Shown piece after piece: positions 23,353 through 36,240 of a DNA stretch of 64,000 nt. The translations under genes were made by a program, and so were the position numbers. How positions within the stretch are numbered: the stretch's first letter is position 1; every line of letters begins with the position of its first letter. The notes under the pieces are model-generated. The model was given only the letters and a program-made list of their open reading frames with translations. It had not been told where the DNA came from and did no database searches. The DNA is from Octopus vulgaris (lineage: Eukaryota), in the NCBI GenBank assembly GCA_951406725.2, contig OX597815.1:51026001-51090000 (forward strand), read 5' to 3'.

Positions 23353-26074
23353 TATATGATTTTGAGGATTGATGAAGTGATTTTTCTGTAAGAAGTGTTG
23401 AGTGTTACATTTCATTTATTTGGTCTATTGTTGAGGAGGAAGATCAGCAAGCAAGAGGGGTTGTGTGAAAGAGAGTGAGAAGACAAGGATGCAAGGTGAA
23501 TGAAGAAGAAGAGACCAAAAGTTTGGTTAAGCATATTGTGAGGAAGGACAGAAAAGAAAGTGATGGTGCAAGGGCAGAGATAAAGCAGCAGACGTTGGAT
23601 ATGGTATCATCTATACCAACTCACAGTTATATTGATATACAATCACATAGAGACATACATATATACACCCAGATAAACGTGTGCATTTTCTTACTATTAT
23701 CATAAAATCCAAATCTGACAAATCTTTTGGACTTAATATTGATTTCAAATTTTGTGGCAAGACCAGTAATTTCAGAGAAGTGGGTAAGTCAATTATATCA
23801 AACCCAGTGCTCAACTAATACTTACTTTATTGACCCAAAAGAATGAAAGGTAAAGTCGGACTAGGTGGAATTTGAACTCAGAATGTGAAAGAAGATGAAA
23901 TGCCTCTAAGCATTTTACCCAGCATGCTAAATGTTCTGACAGCCCACCACCCATTGAACTTAATATTAAAATAGAAATTTTAGATAGAAAGCAGTAATAA
24001 ATATTCTTTTCAAAACACTAAAGGATCTACTAAATTGCCAGCATGGACGTATAGGGACAACTGATTCTGTCTAAGATATGGTAGACATTATAACTGTTCT
24101 TAGTAGAACTCCCTTTGGCATCCAGCAAAATGTTAATAATTGGTTCTCATTCTAAAGAAGATATATTGACAGCCAGATGACATGATCCAGTGTGAACAAG
24201 GTTCAGTACACTGCTGAATCATATAGTGCACTAATATTATATGATATGGTAAGTTAGGAGAAAATTAGTAAGAGAAACAGCATTTACTGAAATTCAATTT
24301 TGTCAAATTCAGAAATAACTTTCGTTTTCATAAAACATCTCCAATTTCTTTTGATGTTGTACAGTATAACACCTTCATTACATTTTTAACTACCTAACCT
24401 TGTATAAGGTTTCAGCAATATACTGCATATTATAAACTTACTTAAAGCTATCAGGTTTTTTGTGGGGGTGGTGACTTCTTTTTTTTTTTATGATACCAAT
24501 CCAACAAAATTTGGGTATTAATTATTCCATTTGCAAGTAAGAAAATGTCTAAGTACCGAAAAGAAAATACAGCTGTTGATTACATGTTCTAACTTTATGA
24601 GTAATACTTAAATGCAAACAGTGCATATTGTGTGAGTGTTATAGTTATAGTACACTTGTGGAGAACTGAACTAATGTGTTCAATTCCCAGTATTTCCATT
24701 TCAGATCACATAAACCCATGATTTCTTGCCAGAGTCAAAAAGCCTGAAGGAAGACAGATGCATGTTTGACACACTATTTGAAGAAAAAAAGCTATCATCA
24801 TTTGACCCAATGACCCATTAAATATAAGAGGGCATTCTCCTTTTTTTTTCCAGTGTATAGGTGAATAACCTAATCAAGATTTCTTTAAAGCATTTTTCTG
24901 AAAAATCTTTCAGATAAATGCTTTTGTTATTGTCACATTCATGTTCCTGTTTTCTCTTTATACATTATTTCCTTGTTTCATGTTTTTACACAATAAATAA
25001 ACACTATTTTACCAATCTTGAATATGTTTAAAAAGGTAAAACTGTACATTTACCAGCATTTGGGTAAGATTTGGCAGCTGGTTATATGTAAGGTAAAAAA
25101 TAAAAAATACTTTAAAAATCACTGCAGCTGACAACAAAATGTTGCAAAGAAATTTGGCTTGAATAAATCAAAATCAAAGACAACTGTGTTTACCATTGAT
25201 GTATACAATTTGCAAACTCATCAGTGAATCCTTAAACAACAACAACAAAAAAGAAGAAAATAAAAGAAATGGGGGTGAATAACAACCTTTTTTCCTTAGA
25301 AGCATGAAAAAAAATAATATTGCTTCTAAGTAGAAAGAGAGATTTCCTTCTTGTTTTTCAAGTAAAAAAGGGAAAAAATCTGAAAGGCAAGCAATGTTCA
25401 ATCAATTTACACCTAATGTTTCACTGTTATTTGCTTTATGTGTAAAAACGAACTAAGATTGCTTAGTTGAACCAATTAAAGAAACCATTATTCTCAGATC
25501 TCAAAAGAATTGAAAATGAGATGAGAAATTTTGCACTCCCTGAGTATGAGGTAAAAAATTTAACTTTGATCTGTCCCAGATTCTTTCAAACATTTTTTAT
25601 TATGGAAAGAGTAAACAGTACATTTTCAGAACTTTCTTTTTACTCAAATTTGTGGAAGCTTTGAATCAAATTGTGTTTCTGGACAAATATTGTACTTTAG
25701 CTGGGTTTTTGAAATCATATCTGAAAGTATTAGTATAATGATTATCTGACATATCATATTTTAATTTGCTAAAACAAATTGCTACTTTTGTTTCAAAGTA
25801 AAACTTGATTAAATTTGTGTTTGAGTGTTCAACTCAGGTAAGTAACAGTACACTAAAAAATATATTAGTTTTACTGAAAATAGAATGCAGAGTAATTGTT
25901 TATTATTAACAACTCTAACATAAATCTTACAGTATTTGTAGGTTATGCTTTGAATAGTTTTTAAAATATATATGTAGTACCATGATTTCCTTCTAATCAA
26001 TCATTTAACTAAAGAAATGGTTAATCCAAACTAAATAAGTGTATATGTACATACATATGCATGCATGTATGTAA

Positions 26075-26105
<31 letters not shown>

Positions 26106-26263
26106 TGTATGTATGTATGTATGTATGAGAGAATGGATGGAGGGATGAGTGAATGTTTGTATGTATGGATGGGTATATGCATGGATGATTGTGTGTATGT
26201 ATGTATGCATGTATAAATGGATGTATGCATGTATGTGTGTATGTATCTGTGTGTATGTATGCA

Positions 26264-26646
26264 TCTCTCTCTATATAAACGGCAGTTTGTCTGTGCGTGT
26301 TTCTGTGTGTCTGTTTGCTTGTACCCTCACCCTGACCACGGCTTTCAACCGATTCTGATGAAACTTGACACACACATAGCCCAATGTCATAATTCAAAAC
26401 TAACGCAGCGAAAATTTTGAAAAGTTCCCCCAGTTCTGAAAAAAATCGATAAATTCGACATGGGGTCGAGAATTAGAAACACAAACCGCAAACTGTCTAG
26501 GGGACGCAACTCCACCTTTTTTAACTAAAAAAAAAATTTACCATCATTTTTTTCCATTTTTTTGTTATTTTTTGGCTATAACTCTCTAAAAATGCTTTAT
26601 AGTTATTTCCCTTACAAACCTGAGCAACGCCGGGCGATACTGCTAG
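26264..26646 (+). mobile_element. Non-autonomous Helitron
   Basis: Starts TC, has a GTCT-type simple repeat near the 5' end, a 3' hairpin remnant CCTGAGCAACGCCGGG and terminal CTAG. Inserted between A and T with no TSD. Confidence 0.85.
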
Positions 26647-27022
26647 TATATCTATATATGTATGTATGTCTCTTCTATTTTTTAATTATTATAAATCGTC
26701 CACTGAGGAGGAAGCCAATTACCAACAAAGATGCAAGGCTCCATCTTTGGGATATAGTTAACACAGACAAATTCTCATTTGTAACTTGAGAAAAGTCTTG
26801 CATATTTTTACTGTTCCACTCACAGATTGCACTTGTAATGTACGAATTACAATTGATTTCTCTTCTGAAAATCCCAGTTTATCTAGATTCTCCTTCAAGC
26901 ATTTACTAACAAAACTTAGTGATCCAATTATCATTTGTATGAATATGAATTCATAGTCTGTATATCGAAGCTGGAGGTTTCAAAGCAGCTGTCCATAGAT
27001 AAACCCTTTTTCTTTAATTTTC

Positions 27023-27053
<31 letters not shown>

Positions 27054-27663
27054 TGTATGTATGTATGTATGTATGTATGCATGTGTGTGTGCGTGCATGC
27101 ATGTATGTATGTATGTATGTATGTATGTATGTATGTATGTATGTATGTATGCATGTCTTGTACTCAAATTGATTTTCAAAATGGCCTTTCTAATGAGAAT
27201 GAGTTTGCTTGATATTCAGATTTGTTCAGACTAGTTCAGTCCTCACTGCTCCACTCAGGCGAAGCATACAAGGTAAGGGGGAAAATGAGATATTGAGATA
27301 CTACCAACGATAAGGGAAGTTTCTAGCAGCCTTGCAATGAATTTAGAAGAGCTTGCAAAACCTTTGAGCAGCTCCTGCAGTCTCTGCATGGGGAAAAGCA
27401 TCTCTGATGAGTTTATCTCACCTACAGTTCATGAAATTAGGTTAAGTCTCTTCTTTCAAAGAAATATAATTTTAAAAGACGGACAGTTGAAAAGGTATCA
27501 AAAGAAATTGAAAAAGATTTTATGGTCTTTCAAAATGTGTTTCGTTTTAAATCTAATGTTTTTAAACTTTAAAGGGACTAAATAGTTGATGTTTCACAAG
27601 GAAAAAAAAGAAACTCACTGGAAAAAAACATCTTTATTCATACATCCTTGTATCATTATAGAC

Positions 27664-27996
27664 CAGGGGTTCTCAACCATTTTTTTTTATCTATGGACTC
27701 CTTTCATTATTATTTTATTCAGGTGAACCCCCATAGCCATTCAATGTTTAAAAACTAGTTTTACAGAAACTTCTTTCGAAATTCCTACTTTGTTTTTTAC
27801 ACATTAACTTGTGTAAGTTGAACTACATAAAGGAAGAACACTAGCTGTTTTTGTTAACAAGTACATACACCTAAATTTTTTCAGGGTCCTTTAAAATACT
27901 ATTATACATTCCCAGTTTACTATCTTATTGCATGGGCCACCAAAAATTTTATATGGACCCTCAAGGGCAATATGAACCCTGGTTAGAGAACCACTG
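27664..27996. mobile_element. hAT-Charlie-like MITE
   Basis: TIRs CAGGGGTTCTCAACC / GGTTAGAGAACCACTG; 8-bp TSD TTATAGAC / CTATAGAC. Confidence 0.88.
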
Positions 27997-28197
27997 CTAT
28001 AGACCATTCATGAGCAAATTGCTGCCTGCAGGACTTTCTTAAAGACATACCTAATGAAAAATTACCTTCATTATTTTAGTACTGCAACCTGCCTGACGAT
28101 GATTCATGTCACAGGGGACCCATTTTTCAAAAATGGCTGTCCATGCTATGTGGAAGCCTTGTTAGGATTGTATAGTCAGTTAGAAATATGCATCAAG

Positions 28198-28425
28198 GCG
28201 AGATGGCAGAAACGTTAGCATGCTGGGCAAAATGCTTAGCAGTATTTCATCTGAGTTCAAATTCTGAGTTCAAATTCTGCCAAGGTCGACTTTGCCTTTC
28301 ATCCTTTCGGGGTCGATAAATTAAGTACCAGTAATGCACTGGGGTCGAGTGTAATTGACTTAATCCCTTTGTCTCTCCTTGTTTGTCCCCTCTATGTTTA
28401 GCCCCTTGTGGGCAATAAAGAAATA
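28198..28425 (+). mobile_element. Young SINE A with 16-bp TSD
   Basis: TSD AGAAATATGCATCAAG at 28182-28197 and 28426-28441; internal duplication of TCTGAGTTCAAAT. Confidence 0.92.
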
Positions 28426-28849
28426 AGAAATATGCATCAAGCCATATTCAGATTCAGTATTTCTCTTTTAAAAAGATAAAAGATAATGTCAACCTAGAAA
28501 CACTATGTCTGAAAACACAATGTGTGTGGCCAGTGAGGAATGTTTTTGATCAAAGATTTGCTTGATCAAAGCTGACTTGAGACTATAAAACAATAATTAT
28601 AGTTTTAAAATGTTAAAATATACACAAGGCTATAAAGAGCTAATGAACATATTAGCAGAGTTATGGAAAATTCTATTGTTCATTCGAATTACTATTGTTG
28701 CTGCTGTTGTTGGTGTTATTGTTGTTGCTTAGTCAGACCTGAATGAGCAATCTTATCATCATGAACATTCAAACCATGGCCATATCTTTTTCACTTAAGG
28801 AAAAGTGGGGTGAACCATAACACGTTCTAGTGGCATTTTCTTTTGGAGG

Positions 28850-30260
28850 GTTTAAGGTTCGGCCTATAACTAACACTATCCTTAAAACTGCTGATTTTCA
28901 GAACTACAGTACAGGGCAGCAATATTGAAACTTGCTTTACTTGAAGACAGGTTGGAAATTTTTCTGGTGTCTTTCTTTACCAGTCTCTTGAATAATATGG
29001 TTGGATAACAAGAAGTTGTGTTAATGTGTCAGCCTCTCATAGCATCCTAAAAGCCTAAAGGCCTCAGATTCCAAGTCCAAAGTCACATCAAAGGAATCCT
29101 CCATTGTGATCTTGACACCAAGGGAATTCGTGGAGTAAAAACTTGTGTGGATAGGATTTTCTGAAGCTTAAAGGATAAACACTTTCCCTGTATGAACAGG
29201 CTCAGTAAAATTTTTAATAGGCACACCTTAAGAGTTTCATTTAGCTGTGCACCTAGTGTAAAAAAGATATTAGTAGATAGGCTTATATCTGAGATGTTCA
29301 TAGAGATAACATTACCTTTCCCCTTAAGAGCTACTGTAACATGGAAACATTTGTATATGAGGCAAATGTAACATTAAAAAACCCACATGAGCAGCCAAAA
29401 CCCGTAGAAATATGAAGGAGCAATAGAAAGTCCCTTCAGGATTAGATTCAAGAACCATAAGTCATCTTTCAATATCCAAGAGAGACAAAGAGCAACAGTC
29501 CACCAGGTACATATGGTTACTAAAGGAAAATATATTAGAGTTCAGCAAAAGTGAAAAATCTTAGAGAAGGGCAAGGCTTATTTTAATAGCAGCAGAAAGT
29601 ACAGGTTATGTTTAGTCAAGAAAAGAACCATATCAGAAACTCTCAACACCCAGACACCTACCTAAACTGCAGAAGTGAACATTTTAGCCCTCGCCCACAT
29701 GAAAGAAGGTATGCTTTATTGTACCTATGGGCCCCATCATGACTACCACCAGTTTTCTATTTTTGGGCTTCTTTATCACCATATCTTGAGAACCCAACGA
29801 GGAGTTTAATCAAAATATACACTAATGAATGTACAGACACATATGCACCCTAAAATGAGCTTAAGCATTCTGACAACCACCCAGCACACCTATAAAATCC
29901 CTGAAAACATTCAAAGCCTACATGATTACCAACCCCTAACTCCTACACACATTTTCAGAAAACTCTTGTAGATATCACCTCAAAGACCTTTGGGGTCAAG
30001 GGACATGACTCTTGGAATAACACTTGTTCAGCTCATTTCATCTCTTTCTGCAGCACCTACTTACCATATGTAGCATTTCACCTCCAGTAATGGAGAACAA
30101 TCATCATATTTTTTCATACCTGCTAGGTCTGATGCACATACAGTATTACATAACATCCAGTTTAACACCCAGTGTAAAACCAATTGGTATGATTGGCCAT
30201 AATGGATGTACAATACTGTACACTTTGATTAATATACCCACTCTCCTGACAAATATACAT
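28850..30260 (+). pseudogene. Possible very old LINE relic (unclassified)
   Basis: Coding-like composition with broken frames and only faint resemblance to a LINE ORF1; no intact motif. Confidence 0.2.
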
Positions 30261-30289
30261 ACAAGTGCTTATTTATTCTGCCTTTAGGA

Positions 30290-30298
30290 TTCTATATA

Positions 30299-30332
<34 letters not shown>

Positions 30333-30476
30333 TATGTGTGTAGATATATACATATATACATATTTATGTGTATATATATATATACGTATGTGTTTGTGCA
30401 TATATGTATGTATATATATATATGTGCTTGTATATATATCTATATATATATATATATGTTTGTGTGTATATGTATA

Positions 30477-30519
<43 letters not shown>

Positions 30520-30680
30520 ATATATGTATACACACATACATAGGTATAAACATATGAGTATTCACACACACATACACACACAAGAATACATACAAATTTA
30601 CACAACACGCATACAAACAGGAGTACATAGATGGTTGCGAAGCCACACAAACAAATCCCCCACACACACACATACACACA
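30290..30680. repeat. (TA)n/(TG)n/(CA)n microsatellite field; similar fields at 3040-3250, 26040-26260, 27025-27150, 43380-43890, 52300-52830, 54400-54870, 57755-58770
   Basis: Directly visible; source of the YIYI and HTHT ORFs. Confidence 0.97.
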
Positions 30681-31210
30681 AACATTGTATTATTGATATA
30701 TTAGGTAATTCATCACAACCGTTTTGCTTTCTATTTTCACCATTTTCTTTCCTGTAAGTTGACAAACAAAAGACAAATATTTCAACAAAATATTTATTTT
30801 CCTATATAAATTATGAGAACATATCTTTTTTTAATTTTCCTTCAATTCACATTACTTTTTCATGTTTTCTCTTTTTTCCCCTTAAACAATTCCTTTTCTC
30901 TCTTTCTGTCTACCTCTCACTTTCCTCTCTTTCTTTCGCCCTTTTTCTCTTTCATTCTCTCTTTCTCTCTTTTTCTCTCTCTTCTCCCATTTATTTGAAT
31001 TTAAAGTAATTACTCATTGGTTTGCAATATCTGAAGAGGCTATACAGAAAACAAATATTGCATTGGAAGTAATTCGGTGATGAATATGCAGAATGAAATC
31101 TAAATGAAAGCATTATAAATCAGGATATAATCTTTCATGATTTTTTGACAAACATTGTTTGTTCTGCAAAACTGCAAGCAAAATTCTTTACCAAAACTAT
31201 CATTACAAAA

Positions 31211-31216
31211 ATAATA

Positions 31217-31277
<61 letters not shown>

Positions 31278-31513
31278 GGAGGAGGAGTAGGAGGAGGAGG
31301 AGGAGGAGGAGGAGGATCATTCATGATGATGATGACGATGAGGATCATGATAATGATGGTAATGTTGAAGATGATGGTGACAATGAAGATGATGAGGAAT
31401 GACGATAGTAATGTTAATGATGATGATGATAAGGAGGAGGAAGAGGACAATGATTATGACAATAACAATGATGATGATTATGATGATGATGATTATGATG
31501 ATGATAATGATAA
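31211..31513. repeat. (GAT)n-(GAG)n trinucleotide array
   Basis: Directly visible. Confidence 0.97.
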
Positions 31514-32144
31514 TTAAAAAGAAAAACAGCAACTAAATTTATTATTAACCAAAATGGCAGGGTGAGATTCATGCCCTGCCAAACTAGTGTTGCTTGTAAA
31601 TTGATGTCAATGTTTATGTTTATTTTCATTTTTTTTTCAGCCACCCCCTATATTCAAACTTATTGCAACTTACTTTAATAGATACAATGATAGCTGTAAT
31701 GATATCAATTACAAAAAAAAAACAAAAACAAAATGGAAACGAGACAGAAAATTGTTAGTGGATAATAAAGCAGGATAAAAGTCAACGATTAAGAAAAAGT
31801 TTTATGCAGTGCAAAAAGATAAGTTAGTGTAACAGAAGGTTAAACAAAAGAATGTTATGCAGATGTAATAATCCATTTCAGAATAAATGACGAAAAATAA
31901 AATTAATGAACAAACGTAGATATTAGTTATTTTATTTTTAAAAGCATTTTGTTGCAGTTTTAAATGAGCAACCATTTTTTTCCCTGAACATAAACTATAT
32001 TTGTAGCACAAACATATATATATTGTAGTTATATATATATATATATGTATGTATGCATGTATTAGACAAAAAAATGTGACCATCCAAATATATATATAGT
32101 AATTTATACAATCACACACACACATGTGTGTGTGTATGTGTGTG

Positions 32145-32178
<34 letters not shown>

Positions 32179-34677
32179 TGTATGTATGTATATATGTATG
32201 TATATATTGATCATGGAAATGAATTTTTCCACGCCATCTACAGTTCAGCTATGTCTTATCCCTTCCTGAATGAAATCATGCATGCAAATCAAACCATGTA
32301 ATCATTTACATAATAATCAATTTTTATCCCTCCTTCCTTCTCTTCTCTCATTCCTCATCCTCCTTTACTCTCACCACATGTTCCTACTCTTACCTAACCT
32401 CTTCCAGCTTTTTTCAATCTCCAGCTTCATTCGTCCTCTCACTATTTTAACTTTAGTCTCCTAACACCTCTCTTATGACCGTTTCTTTCTCTCTTCCCCC
32501 CCTCTCTATTTCTATCACTCTTATTTCAATTGTTGATATTTCTTTCCTACATACCTTTGTTCTGCTTTATTACTTGTTCCTTTCCAAACTTTTATTCTTT
32601 CATTTTTTTCTCTCTCTCACTTTACATTGAACTTTTTTTTCTACTTTTTACTAAACATCCATAATCATTCTCTTTTAGTATTGTCTTCCTCTGTATTTCC
32701 TGTTTACTTCTACACTAATTTTTCACACTGAACTGTCAAGAACTCTTCCATGTATTGCATTGCATGAAGCATTCAACACAACCACCGAATCTGGCTCAAA
32801 ACACCTAATGTCTTTCAAACTAGAATTGTATGCATCAAGCCTGCATCTCAAGACAGCAAGCCCACAATAAAAATGATAACTGAACAATATGATTATCTTT
32901 ACTATGCTTGTTTTCTTTGCAATAAATTGTCTTAGCTGATGTCTAACTTAAATGCTTGAATTGAATAAAGTGACATCAAAATATGATTAAAGTCTGGAGA
33001 AAGTTCTTACTAACTAATAACAGATAGCAATGCCTAAACTCATAGCAAAAATCACATGGTCAAAAAGAGCAAGTATTACATGAATGATTCACAGTGCCAA
33101 AACCATATCCTACATGTGCACACACACACACAGAAAATGAGCTTCCACACATTTTCCAACTACCAAATTTACTCACAGAGTATTGGTCAGCTTGGAGTCA
33201 TAGTAGAAGATACCTGCTCAGGTTTACTAAGTATTTATTTAGACTAAACCACTTTTTGAAGGAAGGGGTTTTAATCAAGTTTGTTGACACCTATTTTATG
33301 GAAACTGAACACTGTAATAATTAGATGCTATTAATATTGAGTTCAAATTTTAGCACAAGGCCAGCAATTTCAAATTTAAGGCAATTACATCAACCCCAGT
33401 GTTCAACTGGTACTTACTTTATCAACCCCCAAAAGGATAAAAGGAATTTAAACTCAGAACATAAAGTTGAAGAGATCTCACTAAGTATTTTAGTATTGAT
33501 TCTGCTAGCTCACTGCCTTAGGTGTTGTTAATATTAATAAACTATATACTATATATAGCCTCAAGATCTAAATTTCAATACCATCAAAGAGGACTTTGTT
33601 TTTCACTCCAACTAGGATGAAAGCTATGTCAATAAATTCTTGAAAATATTCTTTGTATTTATTCAAAAGAGACTATAATACATTACTATCTAAATTATTT
33701 AAACTATTCTGTGTTATCAGTGATGGCAAATATATATTTCTGCATATTTAAACCTCTGCTTTGCTACGCATTTTTCAGATTGCATTAAGACTACACTCCC
33801 CCTGATGGTGCTTAAAAGAAGCAGTAACACTGCTAAAGTTGTCTTCCGTATTCGTTAGAAAATTGTAAATGTAACATCTGTCATTGTCTGGTTTATTATT
33901 ATTTTCTTTAATCACTATGTTTAATTCATGGTCTCAATGGGCAAAATGAGAAAGGCATTGCTCCGAATGGCTAAAACAGGAGCAGTTTTACTCCATTCAG
34001 TTTTCTCTGCTTTTCATCCTTCTAGGTTGATAAAATAATACAAACAATATCCTGGAAATTCAATCAATTATACTCATCACTTATCAAAATTAGCTTTGAG
34101 GCAACTCAAAAGAATATCTATATTGTTGACAAAAAAATGTAATGTTTTTTTTTATTGGATCTGCTTTCCAATAAATATGGCCCTTTCTTGATGATCCACA
34201 ATTAATAAAGCATTTTGCAATATATCTGAAGATGGTGTGTTTCCCTGAAAAGATCTATAAAAATAGACTCTAATTATAAGAATGGGCTAATAAAGATGCT
34301 ATTATTTTTAACATTTTTTTTCGTTTTTTGTATTCTAAATAGTATATAAGAAGTGTTTACTTAACAATAAATACTTTTGCAACAAAGTATAAATCTTATC
34401 ATTACTTATTGACCAACATTTTTACATATTTTATAAAAGTTGTGCTTTATTATCTCTGACATCCTCATCTCATAAACGCATGTATATGGAGTAGGGAAGC
34501 CACTATATGGTGGTTTGACTTGCTAGAAATAGTAGACAAATTTTGCCCAAATTACATTTTATTGACATATATAAGGATAGAATATATTAGAAAATCTAGT
34601 CTTACTTACAACAACTCAACAACAACAACAACAACAATAACAATAATAATAATAGCAATAATAATAATAATATTAAT

Positions 34678-34732
<55 letters not shown>

Positions 34733-34735
<3 letters not shown>

Positions 34736-35103
34736 GCAGCAAAAATTACATTCTATAGTCAAGGAAGCTTGCTAATTTGCAAGGGAACTTTGCATTAAGC
34801 CTTAATTAGATGAAGGACCTGGAACCACAAAACAGGCAAAACAGATCAAGCAGGCTGAAAAAAAGAATGGGCAGAAACAAATTGAGGAGTGATGGAGCCA
34901 GAAGCCTCTGCATGGACAATATATACTTCAAAATCAAAATGTAGACCAAGCAACAAGCCATCAGTGGCAGAGAAGTTCAGGACTGAAAGCAGAGACTGAA
35001 GGTTTCATATTGGCCACTCAAGTTCAAAGCTTGCTTACCAAAAACTACCAGGTTAACATTCTTCAAAACAGTTCTGACCCTACATGCAGATTCTGTGACA
35101 CAT
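34733..35103 (+). pseudogene. Dong/R4-clade LINE fragment upstream of the CCHC finger, adjoining (AAT)n
   Basis: WSQKPLHGQY..NVDQATSHQWQRSSGLKAETEGFILATQVQSLLTKNYQVNILQNSSDPTCRFC matches the R4/Dong motif LK.ETEG.I.AAQDQ.L.T..Y...CR.C. Confidence 0.88.
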
Positions 35104-36120
35104 TTGGCATACTTAATGTTGGCACACTGAAAGGTAAGTCTAGTGAGATTGTTGAGATGCTTGAATTATTCACTATACTCGTTGCCAACCCTCACCTTAC
35201 TGACAGCATCCCTGTACATGGCTTGCACTAACCATTCATCTATCATCACATGCCAGGGGGAAAAACTAGAAGTAGTTGATAGCCTCCATTACCTGGGTGA
35301 CCATGTCAGTAGTGGGGATGGATGCTTTGAGAGTGTGGCTGCTAAAATAAGAATAGCCTGGGCTGGTGACAAAGGGCATCTTGCTCAGAGTAAAAGGTAG
35401 ACTGTATGATCCATGTGTGCAAACAGCCATGCTACATGGCAGTGAAATATGGGCCATGACTGCTGAGAACATGTGTAAGCTTGCAAGGAATAAAGCTAGT
35501 ATGCTCCACTGGATGTGCAGTGTCAGTGTGCTTACACAACAGAGTGTAAGCACCCTAACAGTACAGGGAACCTGTGGAAGAGGTAGACCCAGGAAGATCT
35601 GGGATGAGGTGGTGAAGCATGACCTTCGAACTTTGGGCCTCACAGAGGCGATGACAAGTGACCATGACCTTTGGAGATATACTGTGCTTGAGAAGGCCCA
35701 GCAAGCCAAGTGAGACCATAACCATGGCCTATGCCAGTGCATCATAACCAGCCCATTTAAGAGTACCCTTCAATCATTGGGCAATAATCTGTGCTTGCAA
35801 AGACCTGTTGAGTCAAGTGAAGTCATTGTCACAGCTGATGACAGTACCACCTGATTGGCACCTGTGCTGGTGGCACATATGAAGCACCATTCAAGCGTGG
35901 TCGATGCCAGTGCTGCCTGACTGGTCCTGTGCCGGTGGCATGTAAAAAGCACCCACTACATTCTTGGAGTGGTTGGTGTTAGGAAGAGCATTCAGATGTA
36001 GAAACTTTGCCAGATCAGATTGAAGCGTGGTGCAGCCTCCTGGCTTGCCAGCCCTCAGTCAAACCGTCCAACCCATGCCAGCATGGACAGTGGACGTTAA
36101 ATGACAATGATTATAATGAT
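35104..36120 (+). mobile_element. Scrambled, internally deleted RTE LINE with 3'UTR
   Basis: GILNVGTLKGKSSEIVEMLE (APE start), an inverted RT piece at ~35165-35233, then LEVVDSLHYLGD...RVKGRLYD..MLHGSEIW...RGRPRKIW, and a 3'UTR to the GAT tail. Confidence 0.88.
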
Positions 36121-36205
36121 ATATATATCAAAATGTGACCTCGTGTGTACCATTGGCGATTTTTTTTCCTCTATCCTCCCTTCTCTGGATCTTTCCTTCT
36201 CCTAT

Positions 36206-36240
36206 GTTTCCGACGAAGAGCTCCGCTCGAAACGTTAAAC
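36206..36240 (+). ncRNA. Minimal type I hammerhead ribozyme motif (Penelope-type) with a U4-to-C core change
   Basis: GTTT-CCGACGA-A-GAGC-TCC-GCTC-GAAA-CG-TT-AAAC: stem I GTTT/AAAC, stem II GAGC/GCTC, palindromic ACGT stem III, NUH site GUU. Confidence 0.6.

Noticed and set aside
27230-27272. Plus-strand micro-exon with AAG|GTAAGG donor
   Set aside because: Short, no recognisable peptide, and such sites occur by chance at this scale.
31100-31644. Poly-His, poly-Pro and poly-Asp ORFs resembling low-complexity proteins
   Set aside because: Pure trinucleotide repeats open in several frames, with no supporting domain.
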